Source: a virus. From it: a DNA stretch of 64,000 nucleotides. The stretch spans positions 13,970 to 77,969 of IMG/VR virus record IMGVR_UViG_3300032322_001069; one strand, 5' to 3'. Every line of letters starts with the position of its first letter. The stretch's first letter is position 1. Below the pieces are notes generated by a model. That model worked only from the letters and a program-made list of their open reading frames with translations, was not told the origin of the DNA and made no database searches. Positions 19,227 through 29,869 of this stretch are shown here, in pieces. A program made the translations under genes and the position numbers.

Positions 19227-20395
19227 TACGATTGATTAACTGTAAATCTGAATGTGATGCTATTTACTGAGAAGTTGGGCTTGAAAGACAAATCTACTAC
19301 GAATTGTCTTGCTCCAACCACAGCAGCATTATTGTTTGATTCGTCGCAAACTACGGAATATGAAGAAATTCCTCTACCGGATTTAATGAATTCCATTATC
19401 GCAGTTGCCCCAGTAACAAATCTTGCTCTAGTTTCAGAATCATTGATTTCAAACAATACGGAATCAAGTAATGGTCTAAATGATCTCTTGATGTAGGTAA
19501 TCAAGCGAGAGATGCCAACTTGTTTCTTATTGACATCTGTGGTTTCTGCTGTTTTATCGCCCAAGAGATAGATCCCCTCAGAACCGAAAAGACTATTGAA
19601 TGAATTTATATTTTGGTTGTCTATTAAATTTGTAACATCGGTATCATTTAGTGTTGGGGTGAGAGCAATAATACTATTTACTTTTCCTCTATTGATTCCT
19701 GCTGGAGCAAACCAAGGATAAGAAACCGAATCAGTTCTGGCAAAACAACCAGCAGCATCAGATGTCATTAGAATGTCTATGGGGGCAGTTTCGCCGCCAT
19801 AAATTCTATTTCTAGATTTTCTACCAACTACTGAATAGAAAAGATCTTCATAAAGAGTCACGCCATTGATTCCAGGAAGTGCATTAAAGGCCAATGCTGA
19901 GAAATTAGATGGATAAGATCCAGCAGATCCAGAATAATACTCATAAGAAGAACCTATAATACCAACACAATCTTGTCTTAGGGTTATTAAATTAATTACA
20001 TCCCCGAATTTTGTATTGTTTTCACAGAAAACAGAATCAATATTTAAATCGTTTCTATTGAGCTGCGTTGCCCCAGTTGCGGCTATAAGGATTCCGCCGT
20101 ATTCAAGATAATTTAATGCTGCATGTAATTCTCTATCAGTAGTTACTCCACCAGTAAATCCTCTTCCAGATCCGGCAAAGCCAGAAGAAGTTCCGGCCAA
20201 AACAGATGAATCAAATTCTGAAAGCAATTCTTGAGAATTGTTATAAATTTTATATGATGGGACGGGATTATCTCCTTCTACTAATTTATTATAGAATGAA
20301 GCACCACACATAAAGGCAGAAATGTGAGCAGAAGCTTGTTCTGCTGCGGCAATTGTGATATTTGTTGCGTTTTCGTTTATATTAATCTGTGGCAT
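19226..20395 (-). CDS. gp18: tail sheath protein gp18, paralog A (short)
   Basis: PWFAPAGINRG, GDKT, LFEIND-TR-F, VVCDESNN, KPNFSVN-I-F. Confidence 0.88.
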   Translation of the reverse strand: MPQININENATNITIAAAEQASAHISAFMCGASFYNKLVEGDNPVPSYKIYNNSQELLSEFDSSVLAGTSSGFAGSGRGFTGGVTTDRELHAALNYLEYGGILIAATGATQLNRNDLNIDSVFCENNTKFGDVINLITLRQDCVGIIGSSYEYYSGSAGSYPSNFSALAFNALPGINGVTLYEDLFYSVVGRKSRNRIYGGETAPIDILMTSDAAGCFARTDSVSYPWFAPAGINRGKVNSIIALTPTLNDTDVTNLIDNQNINSFNSLFGSEGIYLLGDKTAETTDVNKKQVGISRLITYIKRSFRPLLDSVLFEINDSETRARFVTGATAIMEFIKSGRGISSYSVVCDESNNNAAVVGARQFVVDLSFKPNFSVNSITFRFTVNQS

Positions 20396-20398
20396 GTA

Positions 20399-22039
20399 TT
20401 ATTCCTCGGTGAACCAAAGCGCATTATCCTCACGAATGGCATTTTCTGGCATTTCTGGACCCATAAAAAATGTCGTATTCTCCTCGTCTTCTTCAGCTTT
20501 ATGTATGATTTTTTTCCGTTGTAGTTCAATGATCTCCTCAAAGTAGCCTTGGCGGGTTAGCCATCCAAAAAGAACAAGACACATAACCAAATCGTCCGTA
20601 TAACCATCATCGGCGCAAAATGTCTGGTGTTTCGAAACAAATGTCATCAATTCTTGAATGATATCAAAATCTCTGACCAAGAGCCTATCTTGCTCAATTA
20701 AATTTTTTAAAACCGCACAACCCAGTTTTTTGACCGCAGAGCTGGTTCTTACGCCTCTTTGTTTTGTTCCGCGACCGAATCCCAAGGTTACTTTTTGTCC
20801 TGCGCGTCCCATCATCTGAGTCTGAATGATATTTTCATACTCATAATCTTCATGCATGGCATCGGCAATCTGACCGCCGATATCGTTTACTTCAATCAGT
20901 AAGTGTGCGTTATTATATTTTATTGCCAGGTTGTAAAGTTCTGGTGGAACATCAAATGGAGATATAAGATTATTTCTATACCTCGCCACAACCTTATGAG
21001 GTTTTTCGGTGGAATCAACCACCACCATAGCCGTATAGTCTCTACCCTGACCTCTGGCGACATCGACCATGATGAAGTATGCATGGCCCTCAACTGGCTC
21101 GTCGTAGATATAAAGACCTCCTGGCTCCTTTGCCAGAGGTTTATCAAACTGAAGCAAATTTAGTTTGCTGGCACTAATCAGGGTATTTGACGAACCAAGG
21201 AACGAACATTCGAATTCCTGATCAAACTGCTGTTCGCTGGTCTGGGCAATCATCTGCTGCTTCCACTGCTCGTCACGCAGAGGCCCACCAGCGTACTTAG
21301 GAACCTGTCTCCAGGATACCTCTATTGGTATGTACTCGTTCTTGCCCTCCTCGCCCTGCTTCCTTGTAGCCCCCTTCCAGAAGGAATAGAACATGTTGAG
21401 TCCGTTTGGGGTGGATACCATGAATACCTTCGTTGTTTGACCGGAGGTAATTGTAGGGTAAACTGAACTGAAGAACTCTTCTGCTATGTTTTGAGAGACA
21501 TGGGCAAATTCGTCCAAGAAGATGAGGTTGAATGATCCACCACGAACTGCCGATGAGGATGTGGCCGATGCCATGACCTTTGAGCCATTCTCAAGCTGAA
21601 TGGATGTCTTGTTCCATTCGATGATGCCCTGCTGAAGCCATTTGGGAAGATACTCATAGGCCAGACGAAGACGGCCAAGAATTTCTCTAGCCGTATTCAT
21701 CTTGTTGGCCAGAATACCGACGCTCATGCTCTGGTTGAAAAGAATATAGTGAAGAATGAACGCAACAATCGTTGTGCTCTTACCAGACTGACGCGGCAGC
21801 TTGGCAATAATATAACGATTGTCATGCATCTTGTTAATCATATCCTCTTGGTAATCATATAACTCAAAAGGAACAAGACCTTTATCAAGAGATACTACCT
21901 TGACATATTTCTTAATAAAGTAAATTGGGTCTTGGGAGCAACGAACATATTCCCGAATTTGTTCTTCGGTGAAGTCAATCTTTACTCCAGATTCTTTTAG
22001 ATTTGGATTACCTAAGTAACCCTTAAATTTCCTTGACAT
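20399..22039 (-). CDS. gp17: terminase large subunit gp17
   Basis: YLGNPNLK, RQSGKST, LDEFA, STPNG, DDLVM. Confidence 0.97.
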   Translation of the reverse strand: MSRKFKGYLGNPNLKESGVKIDFTEEQIREYVRCSQDPIYFIKKYVKVVSLDKGLVPFELYDYQEDMINKMHDNRYIIAKLPRQSGKSTTIVAFILHYILFNQSMSVGILANKMNTAREILGRLRLAYEYLPKWLQQGIIEWNKTSIQLENGSKVMASATSSSAVRGGSFNLIFLDEFAHVSQNIAEEFFSSVYPTITSGQTTKVFMVSTPNGLNMFYSFWKGATRKQGEEGKNEYIPIEVSWRQVPKYAGGPLRDEQWKQQMIAQTSEQQFDQEFECSFLGSSNTLISASKLNLLQFDKPLAKEPGGLYIYDEPVEGHAYFIMVDVARGQGRDYTAMVVVDSTEKPHKVVARYRNNLISPFDVPPELYNLAIKYNNAHLLIEVNDIGGQIADAMHEDYEYENIIQTQMMGRAGQKVTLGFGRGTKQRGVRTSSAVKKLGCAVLKNLIEQDRLLVRDFDIIQELMTFVSKHQTFCADDGYTDDLVMCLVLFGWLTRQGYFEEIIELQRKKIIHKAEEDEENTTFFMGPEMPENAIREDNALWFTEE

Positions 22040-22442
22040 CCTCTACCACCTTCGCATCAATCATTTCTATAGATTTATTCTTACTTCTTTCAGGGTTGAT
22101 TAGATCCTGTAGATCACTAGTGGAGCCTATGAAGAATGAATTATTGTTTGTTGTTTTTATAGTGGTCTTATTTGCTTCGTTCTTTATCTTTTCAAGATCT
22201 ATTAGATCTTTATTAATCTCAGACATTGTTTTCAGCATTTGAGTTACCACTTCGTATGCTCTGGGAGAATCGCCTTCAGTTGCAACTTTCATAATCCCTT
22301 CAAGAGCAAGCTTTGACTTCTCAATAATGTCGTACATATTGCGCTTGGCAAATTCAAAGTCCTTGTCTGGAGTTTGCTCAAGTACAATTTCTTTAGATTT
22401 TTTTGCTTCTTCAATATTAAAAAATTTATCAAGATTTTCCAT
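22023..22442 (-). CDS. gp16: terminase small subunit gp16
   Basis: DFEFAK-N, SPRAYEV, NNN-FIGSTSDL. Confidence 0.92.
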   Translation of the reverse strand: MENLDKFFNIEEAKKSKEIVLEQTPDKDFEFAKRNMYDIIEKSKLALEGIMKVATEGDSPRAYEVVTQMLKTMSEINKDLIDLEKIKNEANKTTIKTTNNNSFFIGSTSDLQDLINPERSKNKSIEMIDAKVVEDVKEI

Positions 22443-22445
22443 AAA

Positions 22446-24194
22446 TTAACCTAAACATAGTTGATTTGCTACTTGTGTTATTGTAAATGTTCTAGATCCG
22501 ACACTTGCACCATTTGTAATTCTTAAAGTATAAACAAATGTTCCAGAAACATTAATACCACAGGCATTTAAATCTGTTACAATTGCACTGATTATTGCGG
22601 TATATTGGCCACTAGAAACTGAAGTTACACTATTTGCAACTGTTGTTGTGTATATTATATTTGAATCAGAATCCAAAACTTGTATAGTAGTATTTGGATT
22701 TGCGTATGATGGTGCGCTCCATGTCATTCTAGATTGAAGCAAGGCATTAGATCCAGGTATTTTATAACTAGCAGTTAATGCAGGATTGACTGTTAATGTT
22801 ATTGGACAAATTGCAACGCCATCGACATAATTTACAATAAAAGAAACACTATCGGTCAATGCTCCATTTTCGACCTTGAATGTCCAAGCACTTAAATCGT
22901 TATAAACTGCACCACATGTACTTAGATCATTTGCTATTGCAAGAACAATATCGTCTATATCTTCAAATACCAATCTTTCTACGCCAGCATTTACAACCTT
23001 AGAATAGATCAAATTGTCTTCATCATCGAAAATTTTAGCAGCCGTAGTAGCTCCTAAAACATTACTTTCATCCCAGAACAATTGTGTTGTTAATAGACTG
23101 TTTTGACTTGGCACTGAGTAATTCAGCAACGGCAAACCTGTATTAATCAACAAGCTTCTAACAGGCTCACACACTCCAGTACCATTAAAGCTATTGATTT
23201 TAAATGTCTTCGAATCACTGAGTTGACCGTTTTGAACAATCAGAGTGTAGGTTCTAAGACCAGTTACTACAGTACCGCAAGCGTTTAAATAATTCGCAAT
23301 ACTTTCAAGAACATCATTATACATCGCAGTTGTTAATGATTGTCTTCCTGCTTCTGTTGCTCCGGAATATAAAACTTCAGAATCATCGTTCAATACCAAT
23401 ACTGTTGTTGTTGAATTTGGAACATTTTCTTCTGTCCATATAAGATTACTAAACAAAACTTCTGTATCTGCTGGATAGTTATAATTAAATGCAGGGAGAC
23501 TTGAATTTATAGTCAATGAGGTTACTGGAGGAACATAGTCTTCAGTCAACAAGTCAGCAATTCTTAGAGATGTGCTTGTTGGTGGATTGCCAGACTTTAT
23601 TTCCCCAAAAACATAGCTGCTGGCAACAAAAACCATAGTGCCGACGAGTATTCTTCTATTGTTGGTTAAAGCCCCTTCATAATCATCAAGAATTCTGAAA
23701 TCTCTATAATTAATAGGAACATTTATATCATTATATAATTCGTTGAAATTAATTCTTATATTGAATTCGGGATTGAAATATGGCAAAATTTGTTCTGCCA
23801 TCTGAAGAATTTCTTCCATGCTTCTTGAATAAAAATAAACACGAAACTCTATATCAACTGGAGTTTCAGCAAATGATTTATAAGAAAGCCCAGAATTATC
23901 CATTCCCGTAGCTACTCTTAACTTATTTCTTTTTCTATTACGATCATATGCTACAGTATTCATCTCAAAACTCAAATATGGTAAATTGATTTGAGTTTTT
24001 ACTTTATCTGTAATTGAAGAATTTGATTCCAATCTTCTTAGAAATTTTTCCTTTGAAGCAAAAGTAATTGGTACTTTTATGTTTTCTTCTACTCCAGTCG
24101 TATCATTTTTTCTTGTTACATAAATTTGGTCAAACAATGAACCAAAGGCAACTACCAGTTTTCTAATAGATTGGTTGTTAAATGTATTGAACAT
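22446..24194 (-). CDS. gp15: tail sheath stabilizer/terminator gp15 with a C-terminal triple-repeat extension
   Basis: IRKLVVAFGSLF, VPI-F-KEKF, LP-SFE, YD-RK, EQILPYF-P; about 360 extra aa in three repeats. Confidence 0.88.
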   Translation of the reverse strand: MFNTFNNQSIRKLVVAFGSLFDQIYVTRKNDTTGVEENIKVPITFASKEKFLRRLESNSSITDKVKTQINLPYLSFEMNTVAYDRNRKRNKLRVATGMDNSGLSYKSFAETPVDIEFRVYFYSRSMEEILQMAEQILPYFNPEFNIRINFNELYNDINVPINYRDFRILDDYEGALTNNRRILVGTMVFVASSYVFGEIKSGNPPTSTSLRIADLLTEDYVPPVTSLTINSSLPAFNYNYPADTEVLFSNLIWTEENVPNSTTTVLVLNDDSEVLYSGATEAGRQSLTTAMYNDVLESIANYLNACGTVVTGLRTYTLIVQNGQLSDSKTFKINSFNGTGVCEPVRSLLINTGLPLLNYSVPSQNSLLTTQLFWDESNVLGATTAAKIFDDEDNLIYSKVVNAGVERLVFEDIDDIVLAIANDLSTCGAVYNDLSAWTFKVENGALTDSVSFIVNYVDGVAICPITLTVNPALTASYKIPGSNALLQSRMTWSAPSYANPNTTIQVLDSDSNIIYTTTVANSVTSVSSGQYTAIISAIVTDLNACGINVSGTFVYTLRITNGASVGSRTFTITQVANQLCLG

Positions 24195-25132
24195 TAGTAA
24201 TTGCCCTCTGAGAACGGATCAGTTTGATTAAAATTAATTATAGGAGTATCGTACTTGCTTCCAGAGCCAGTAAATCCTCTTTGATAATCTAGAGGAGGAT
24301 TTTCCCCATCCGCATCTCCTAGTATTGGATTTATCAAACCATAATTTCCCGTATTGTCTGTTGATAGCAGTCCGAATGTTGCTCCGGTATTTACTCTGGT
24401 TATTACGGTTGGATATCCGAATGTAACTCCGTCTAATGCCATTATCTCCAACTCAAGATTATCCTCATTGAGAGTAGAATCAAGTAGTCTGAAATATGCA
24501 GTAGTTCCAGCTAGGCTACCAGTAACATACAATTTTTCTCCCAGCGTGAGATTTCTATATGCATTCTGGAATCCAGCTGTATTGATGTTTGCCAAGAAGA
24601 CATATGTACTTTGTTTGACATCTTCCACGGTATCCATTTCGCTGTTGCCAGTATTGAACTCTTCGGCAGAATAGGTGAAAGTTTCGCAGAATAAACTATA
24701 AACATATAGTTTGTCCAACTGGTAGAATGGAGTTTCATGTTCTACAAAGTTGACTTCAAACATTGTTTTTGAGAGGGGAAAATAAATTATATCACCCTCT
24801 CTTGGGCGAACGATAGTGGAATTATGCGTAGTTACTTCGTTCGTAAATCTTTTTCTACTTACTACTAAATTCACTCTATCTTTTACTTCAAGACCAAATT
24901 TTGTAATTACATCTGTACCATCATAACCAGTAATAGAGGCAAGATACATTTCAATTGGATATGCCTTTGTAAATTTATTGAGCTGATCTTCTCCAAAAAG
25001 TCTATCAAGATTTACAAATTCTCTTGGAATGTACCAAACATTCTGGCCCATCATTTTGATAATTTCAATAATGATATCTTCAGAAACATTCTGTTCGCTT
25101 GATTGAAATTTGAAATAAGGATTACGAGCCAT
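24194..25132 (-). CDS. gp14: neck protein gp14
   Basis: NPYF, YIPR, IEMY, KFGLE, RPREGD-IYFP, FE-FVEHE-PFYQL, PFSE end. Confidence 0.93.
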   Translation of the reverse strand: MARNPYFKFQSSEQNVSEDIIIEIIKMMGQNVWYIPREFVNLDRLFGEDQLNKFTKAYPIEMYLASITGYDGTDVITKFGLEVKDRVNLVVSRKRFTNEVTTHNSTIVRPREGDIIYFPLSKTMFEVNFVEHETPFYQLDKLYVYSLFCETFTYSAEEFNTGNSEMDTVEDVKQSTYVFLANINTAGFQNAYRNLTLGEKLYVTGSLAGTTAYFRLLDSTLNEDNLELEIMALDGVTFGYPTVITRVNTGATFGLLSTDNTGNYGLINPILGDADGENPPLDYQRGFTGSGSKYDTPIINFNQTDPFSEGNY

Positions 25133-25133
25133 T

Positions 25134-25937
25134 TTATCCCGTCATCATATCTGGAGGAAGTTCATAAGCAGAGATAATTTGATCTTCAAGGATAGCTACT
25201 TCTCTTTCAGCTTCTGCTAAAATAGTACCTCCTCTTAGAGCAACACCACCCGGTAAAGCAATACCATCAAATTTTGATAAATTTTGTCCCCATTGCTTCT
25301 TTACAAGAGCAGTAAAATATTTCTTTAACATTCTATCATTAAAAATTTCTGTGTAAACATCAGGATTTAAATTTACATAAGCTTCAACAGTGATATATGT
25401 TCCCGCTGAAACTGCCGTCCAATCCATTTCAATGTAGATTTTATTTGTAACTTTATTAAAACGAACGGTTCTTTCTGGATCGAACATCATTTCAATAAGG
25501 CGAATATATCTTTTTGTTATATCAAAATTTGCAATTGGTGAAGAATTAACAAAACCTAAATTGGTATTAATGCCGTAAACATCGTTTAATGCTAATTGAT
25601 AGCGAACATCAAACAAATAATTACTTGTTAAAGTTCCAAAAGGAAGAATCCTTATTACTGATAAAATATCGTATCCTGTGGGACTACCCGAACTTGAACC
25701 TACAATTGGTCCTAAGTTATTTGTATCGATATACTTGTTTGTAATATCCTGAGCAGTAAGCTGGTAAGTAAAAAATGCCCTCTCAACCCCATCAAAATGG
25801 CGTTCTGAGAAGAATTGTAGAGCATCATCAAGCCTATCCTGGGCTTGTTGATAATCTACATTTATTTCTACAACCGGAGCACCTAGCTGCCGGAAAGCGT
25901 ATTGAATTATCGATTCTCTGGAGTTTGGTTGTGCCAT
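25134..25937 (-). CDS. gp13: neck protein gp13
   Basis: RQLGAPVVEINV, HFDG, KKQWGQNLSKF-G-LPGG, YELPP-G. Confidence 0.95.
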   Translation of the reverse strand: MAQPNSRESIIQYAFRQLGAPVVEINVDYQQAQDRLDDALQFFSERHFDGVERAFFTYQLTAQDITNKYIDTNNLGPIVGSSSGSPTGYDILSVIRILPFGTLTSNYLFDVRYQLALNDVYGINTNLGFVNSSPIANFDITKRYIRLIEMMFDPERTVRFNKVTNKIYIEMDWTAVSAGTYITVEAYVNLNPDVYTEIFNDRMLKKYFTALVKKQWGQNLSKFDGIALPGGVALRGGTILAEAEREVAILEDQIISAYELPPDMMTG

Positions 25938-25959
25938 TTAGAGTATTTATGCACAGCCA

Positions 25960-26520
25960 TTACTTCGGAGTCTCCTTATTCTTCTCTACGGTCTGAAGAG
26001 CATCAATCACATCTGCAACTTCTTTTGGTGTTTCTGGAGAAGTTACTTCTACCTTTTGAACTTCCATGAAGTTCATGTTCTCGACATAATGTTTTCTGCT
26101 TTGTGGCTCATTTGCTTCATGTGGCTGACTTGGAGTATAGTTTGAGAATCCAGGCATTCCGATAGGACAATTTACCTTTGGATAATCAAGTTTACTATAT
26201 TCCTGGTCGCTGCCGTTGAGCCATGTGGCCTTTCTATCTCCACAGCCACAGGCTCCACAAAAGAACTTTCCGTCTGTCTCTGATTTTTTTAGATGGCTAC
26301 ACGGAGGCAATTCTCCTCCCTGTCCTTCATTACCAAAGCAACTTAATACTCTAAGTTGCTTTACGGTCTTATCGACCTTCTTATCTTTAAATCCACGCGA
26401 TGCCATAGCCATGGCATAGCCTTGGATCATACTAACGGACTTTTTAATTTTTGATTGTTCTAGTGGTGAGTCTGAAAATTTCTTCTTATTTGCACAATTA
26501 CAAGGTTTCTTTTCACTCAT
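25960..26520 (-). CDS. small Cys-cluster protein (paralog of 47616-48131)
   Basis: R-x3-C...C...CGACGC...KL...CP pattern. Confidence 0.65.
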   Translation of the reverse strand: MSEKKPCNCANKKKFSDSPLEQSKIKKSVSMIQGYAMAMASRGFKDKKVDKTVKQLRVLSCFGNEGQGGELPPCSHLKKSETDGKFFCGACGCGDRKATWLNGSDQEYSKLDYPKVNCPIGMPGFSNYTPSQPHEANEPQSRKHYVENMNFMEVQKVEVTSPETPKEVADVIDALQTVEKNKETPK

Positions 26521-26528
26521 ATAATTCC

Positions 26529-27236
26529 TCAGATTGTTGTACCATTAATATATTTGATAGTCAAAGTAGATCCAACAGCATTAAAACTCAAAATTCTATT
26601 GAAGGTGTCGTTGTTAAATCCTGAAGCTCCTGTGATCTGAGCAGCAGAGAAACTGATTTGATATCTATCCGCTCCACAAATGCTTGTGTTTGGAGCACCG
26701 CTTGAATTGTCGCTAAGTGACGAATCATCAGTGCATGTAATATAATCTATCCCAAAAGAAAGTCCAGCGTAATATTCTACGCTTGCTGTGGGGCTAATTC
26801 TTACAGTTTTATCTGTATTGTTGTAAACCCAGTCCTTCACGCCAGAGGGTAGTGTAGCTAGATACCAACCTTCTCTGAAGGATATAGTGATACCGTTAGA
26901 GCTATTGAAGGTATAGCCGACCAATGGAAGGGCTGTACCGCCTTGTGGGTGGCTCTTGGGGAATAGGGGAGTAGAACCATCCCAGGCTGGACCTTTGGCT
27001 GTAGTGCCTGCCAAATGGCTAGTCCATTCATGAATCATATTCATGTTTAGACTATTCTGAAGGAACAAAATTTCTTGCAGTTCGTTTAGTTCAGATGCCT
27101 GTAGTTTGCTACCAGCCTTGAACGCCACCATAGAATGGTTTTTCTTGGTGGTAGAATCAACACTTCCGCCCCATGTTCTGCTTGAATAGGGGTAATTAGT
27201 TAATGGAAATTGATCGTCAAAGGGGTATGCGGCCAT
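26529..27236 (-). CDS. short baseplate-associated structural protein (DUF4815/VrlC-like N-terminal motif)
   Basis: F-AG-LQASELNELQ-IL and L-DNS-G-N-GADR motifs; lies after gp8. Confidence 0.7.
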   Translation of the reverse strand: MAAYPFDDQFPLTNYPYSSRTWGGSVDSTTKKNHSMVAFKAGSKLQASELNELQEILFLQNSLNMNMIHEWTSHLAGTTAKGPAWDGSTPLFPKSHPQGGTALPLVGYTFNSSNGITISFREGWYLATLPSGVKDWVYNNTDKTVRISPTASVEYYAGLSFGIDYITCTDDSSLSDNSSGAPNTSICGADRYQISFSAAQITGASGFNNDTFNRILSFNAVGSTLTIKYINGTTI

Positions 27237-27237
27237 G

Positions 27238-29100
27238 TTAGATATTGAATATTAGGTTAAATGTATTTTCCGACTGAATAAGTGTATCTGTTGTGAACAA
27301 TACGGTACAATCACTCATATTTATACTAGGTCCAGTAATTGATGTTACTGTAAAACTAGAGGTGACTCCACCGCTAAATTGTACGGTGTATGAACCACCA
27401 GTACCAATTGCGTAAGCATCATAGGAAGAAATTTCAACAGACCCGGAAGTACTACCAGCAAAAACACCGAATCCTAGATTGAAACTAGAGGTTGGTTTTC
27501 CTGGAACAAATGCTCTTGATCCGCTGCCTATGGTCTTTGTTGCAGATGTTTTATTTGTTAAGTAATTTACATCAATTGGATCGCTAAAGTCTGCAACGAA
27601 ATCTCCTGGAGTAACAGAATCGATACCTCCCGAAATAGAGGTAATAATTGCCGAGGCACTTGCCTTTATAGGAGCCTTTGAATAACTTCTAGCACCGTCA
27701 GATTGAATTCTGTATCCGCTGGAATTCTTTAGACCCGTTACCAAGAAAGCCGACTCAAAAGAATACGAGGCTGGAGTATTAAACAGCGTATTGATTTCCG
27801 CTTCTGAAAGTTCTACTGCTACAGATATTTGCGTAGTTCGCAACAAATCATAAATTTTAAGGTAAGATTCGTTTGAAATCGGAGCAAGATTGAACTGAAT
27901 CGAAGCTAAACAACTTGAGGGATCGGTCGGTGCTCCCTGAGAGCCAAGAGAAGCAATACTAAGATTTCCAGTTACGAGAGATGGTGCTTCAACATAAGTA
28001 CAATTACTTGATGTTAATTGGTTTGTTAGATAAACTCCAATAACTTTATATCGATTGATACCACCAACAAATTCTGTTTTCAAATAAGCTTTGCATGATC
28101 CTATAGTACCATCAGTGTCTAGATTTATTTCAGGATCTTCTATATCAGAATAATATGTAACATCACTTCTATCGTTAAACATTACGCTTAGAATACAACC
28201 AGATGGAATAGCAGTAAGAATATCTGTATTTTGTCTATAAACATTACCAGCCGTATAACCTCCAGATCCTCCAGCATTGAACAAGGCAAGAGGAGTAACA
28301 GTAGAATAAGTAGCTCCGCATGGAGTGCAACCGGAGGGACCAGAAATATTAAAGAATCCGCCGTATTCGGTGGAGGTTACGGAAGGTAAAAATACCCCTT
28401 CAAAGTCTAATTGGCTGGCTAAATATCCGCAAGTCCAGCGATTAGGAACTTTGTAAGATGCTACGATATCACCAGCATTATATGTCTTTCCTGTTACTGG
28501 TTCTATCCAGGATTCAGTGGCATATAGGCAGCAAGTACCAAAGGTAAGTCCAGTTGATCCTCCACCTGTTGGACCAGTAGCATCTAGAGTAGAACCTCTA
28601 AAATCAACTAAAGATTCAATACCAGTTACTTTGATATAATTTGAAGATATTGGAGCTGGATCATAGTTTACTTTTACCCAGCTATACCCATCTCCCATGT
28701 TAATTACAGTACCATTCGAACCGCTTGGTGCAAATTTGCTCGGTGCAGAATTATTTCTAGTAGAGAGTTTATTGTAATTTGTATCACCAACGCACAAATA
28801 TAGCTCTTTTGTGGTCGAATTGAAGCAAAGGCTATTTGTTATAGTTGGATCTGTATAGTCAAAAACTTTAAATGTTTTTGCTGCAACCCAGTCGTTTCGG
28901 GTAAAAACAGCAGATACATTGTCTAAGGTGACTCGTTTTATAAAGCTAGCTGAATTAGCGACATCCTTCGAAACTCTGCTGCTCTTATCGGCATATCCAA
29001 CTTCAACTACGCCAAAGCCAGCATAGTAATCCCAATACAAAGAATCAGTCAAAAAATTACTTACAGCTTCTGAATATCTGTTGGACGAGTCATTTGGCAT
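27238..29100 (-). CDS. gp8: baseplate wedge protein gp8-like, with Cys-rich insertions
   Basis: R-DW...LY-C...N...PS-P...GDGY-W gp8 pattern; synteny gp6-gp7-gp8. Confidence 0.7.
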   Translation of the reverse strand: MPNDSSNRYSEAVSNFLTDSLYWDYYAGFGVVEVGYADKSSRVSKDVANSASFIKRVTLDNVSAVFTRNDWVAAKTFKVFDYTDPTITNSLCFNSTTKELYLCVGDTNYNKLSTRNNSAPSKFAPSGSNGTVINMGDGYSWVKVNYDPAPISSNYIKVTGIESLVDFRGSTLDATGPTGGGSTGLTFGTCCLYATESWIEPVTGKTYNAGDIVASYKVPNRWTCGYLASQLDFEGVFLPSVTSTEYGGFFNISGPSGCTPCGATYSTVTPLALFNAGGSGGYTAGNVYRQNTDILTAIPSGCILSVMFNDRSDVTYYSDIEDPEINLDTDGTIGSCKAYLKTEFVGGINRYKVIGVYLTNQLTSSNCTYVEAPSLVTGNLSIASLGSQGAPTDPSSCLASIQFNLAPISNESYLKIYDLLRTTQISVAVELSEAEINTLFNTPASYSFESAFLVTGLKNSSGYRIQSDGARSYSKAPIKASASAIITSISGGIDSVTPGDFVADFSDPIDVNYLTNKTSATKTIGSGSRAFVPGKPTSSFNLGFGVFAGSTSGSVEISSYDAYAIGTGGSYTVQFSGGVTSSFTVTSITGPSINMSDCTVLFTTDTLIQSENTFNLIFNI

Positions 29101-29107
29101 ACTTTAT

Positions 29108-29869
29108 TTATAGTACCAAAGTGCTAGGTGAATATCTCTCAGCAGCGTTAATAAAAGTTACAGAACTCTTCTGGCCCTTGATAAGATCAAATCTAATTCC
29201 AAGAGGTTTCATTAGAGAAATGAAATCGTCTTGGTATTTCTCAGGAATATAAGCAGTTAGAATAATTGCAAATTCCTGTCTATTTCTGCCTTCTGTTAAA
29301 TAATCGGTGTTTAGAGTACCTTGATTCAATACCATTGTATCATTAACACCGAAAGTGATGCTATAATCATCAAGAATCGAATCAAAGAATGTCTGGATAA
29401 AATATTTAAACGAATCTTGATTTCCTTTATTTACTATAAATCTTTTCTTGTTAGAAATCAAGAATTCTCTAAGTTCTTTATCGTAATCTTCTCCAAAATC
29501 ATCGAAATCGAAGTCTGCAAATAACGACTTATAAGTTTCTTTGATGGAGGCAAAATTTGTGTAAAAGACATTTTGAATGTCTTCATAGTTTGGATATAAG
29601 TCAAGTCCACTAGTAGAAAAAACCCAATCATAATACCGCTGAATTAATTCTATAATTTTGATATCAGAATCAGTTTTTGATTCTTTTACTAGCCACGAAG
29701 GAAATTGGTGTTCTACTGAATAGAAAAATTTTCTATCAGTTGAGGCAATTGTTGCTAGATCATATTGGGAATTTAATACCCCCAAAGCATATTCACAACC
29801 CGCATCGACATTATATTGGGTGATATTGGCTGTGGCCCCAAGATTTGGATTTGTGAAAAAGAAAATCAT
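29108..29869 (-). CDS. baseplate wedge initiator gp7-like (short)
   Basis: QFP-W, YY-W, KG-SF-FF, final P-G motif; position between gp6 and gp8. Confidence 0.55.
   Translation of the reverse strand: MIFFFTNPNLGATANITQYNVDAGCEYALGVLNSQYDLATIASTDRKFFYSVEHQFPSWLVKESKTDSDIKIIELIQRYYDWVFSTSGLDLYPNYEDIQNVFYTNFASIKETYKSLFADFDFDDFGEDYDKELREFLISNKKRFIVNKGNQDSFKYFIQTFFDSILDDYSITFGVNDTMVLNQGTLNTDYLTEGRNRQEFAIILTAYIPEKYQDDFISLMKPLGIRFDLIKGQKSSVTFINAAERYSPSTLVL

Noticed and set aside
20399-22039. Inteins, introns or homing endonucleases in terminase, portal, UvsW or gp46
   Set aside because: Lengths are normal and the motifs are contiguous. The TnsA-like ORF at 36315 is the standard gp4, not a mobile element.
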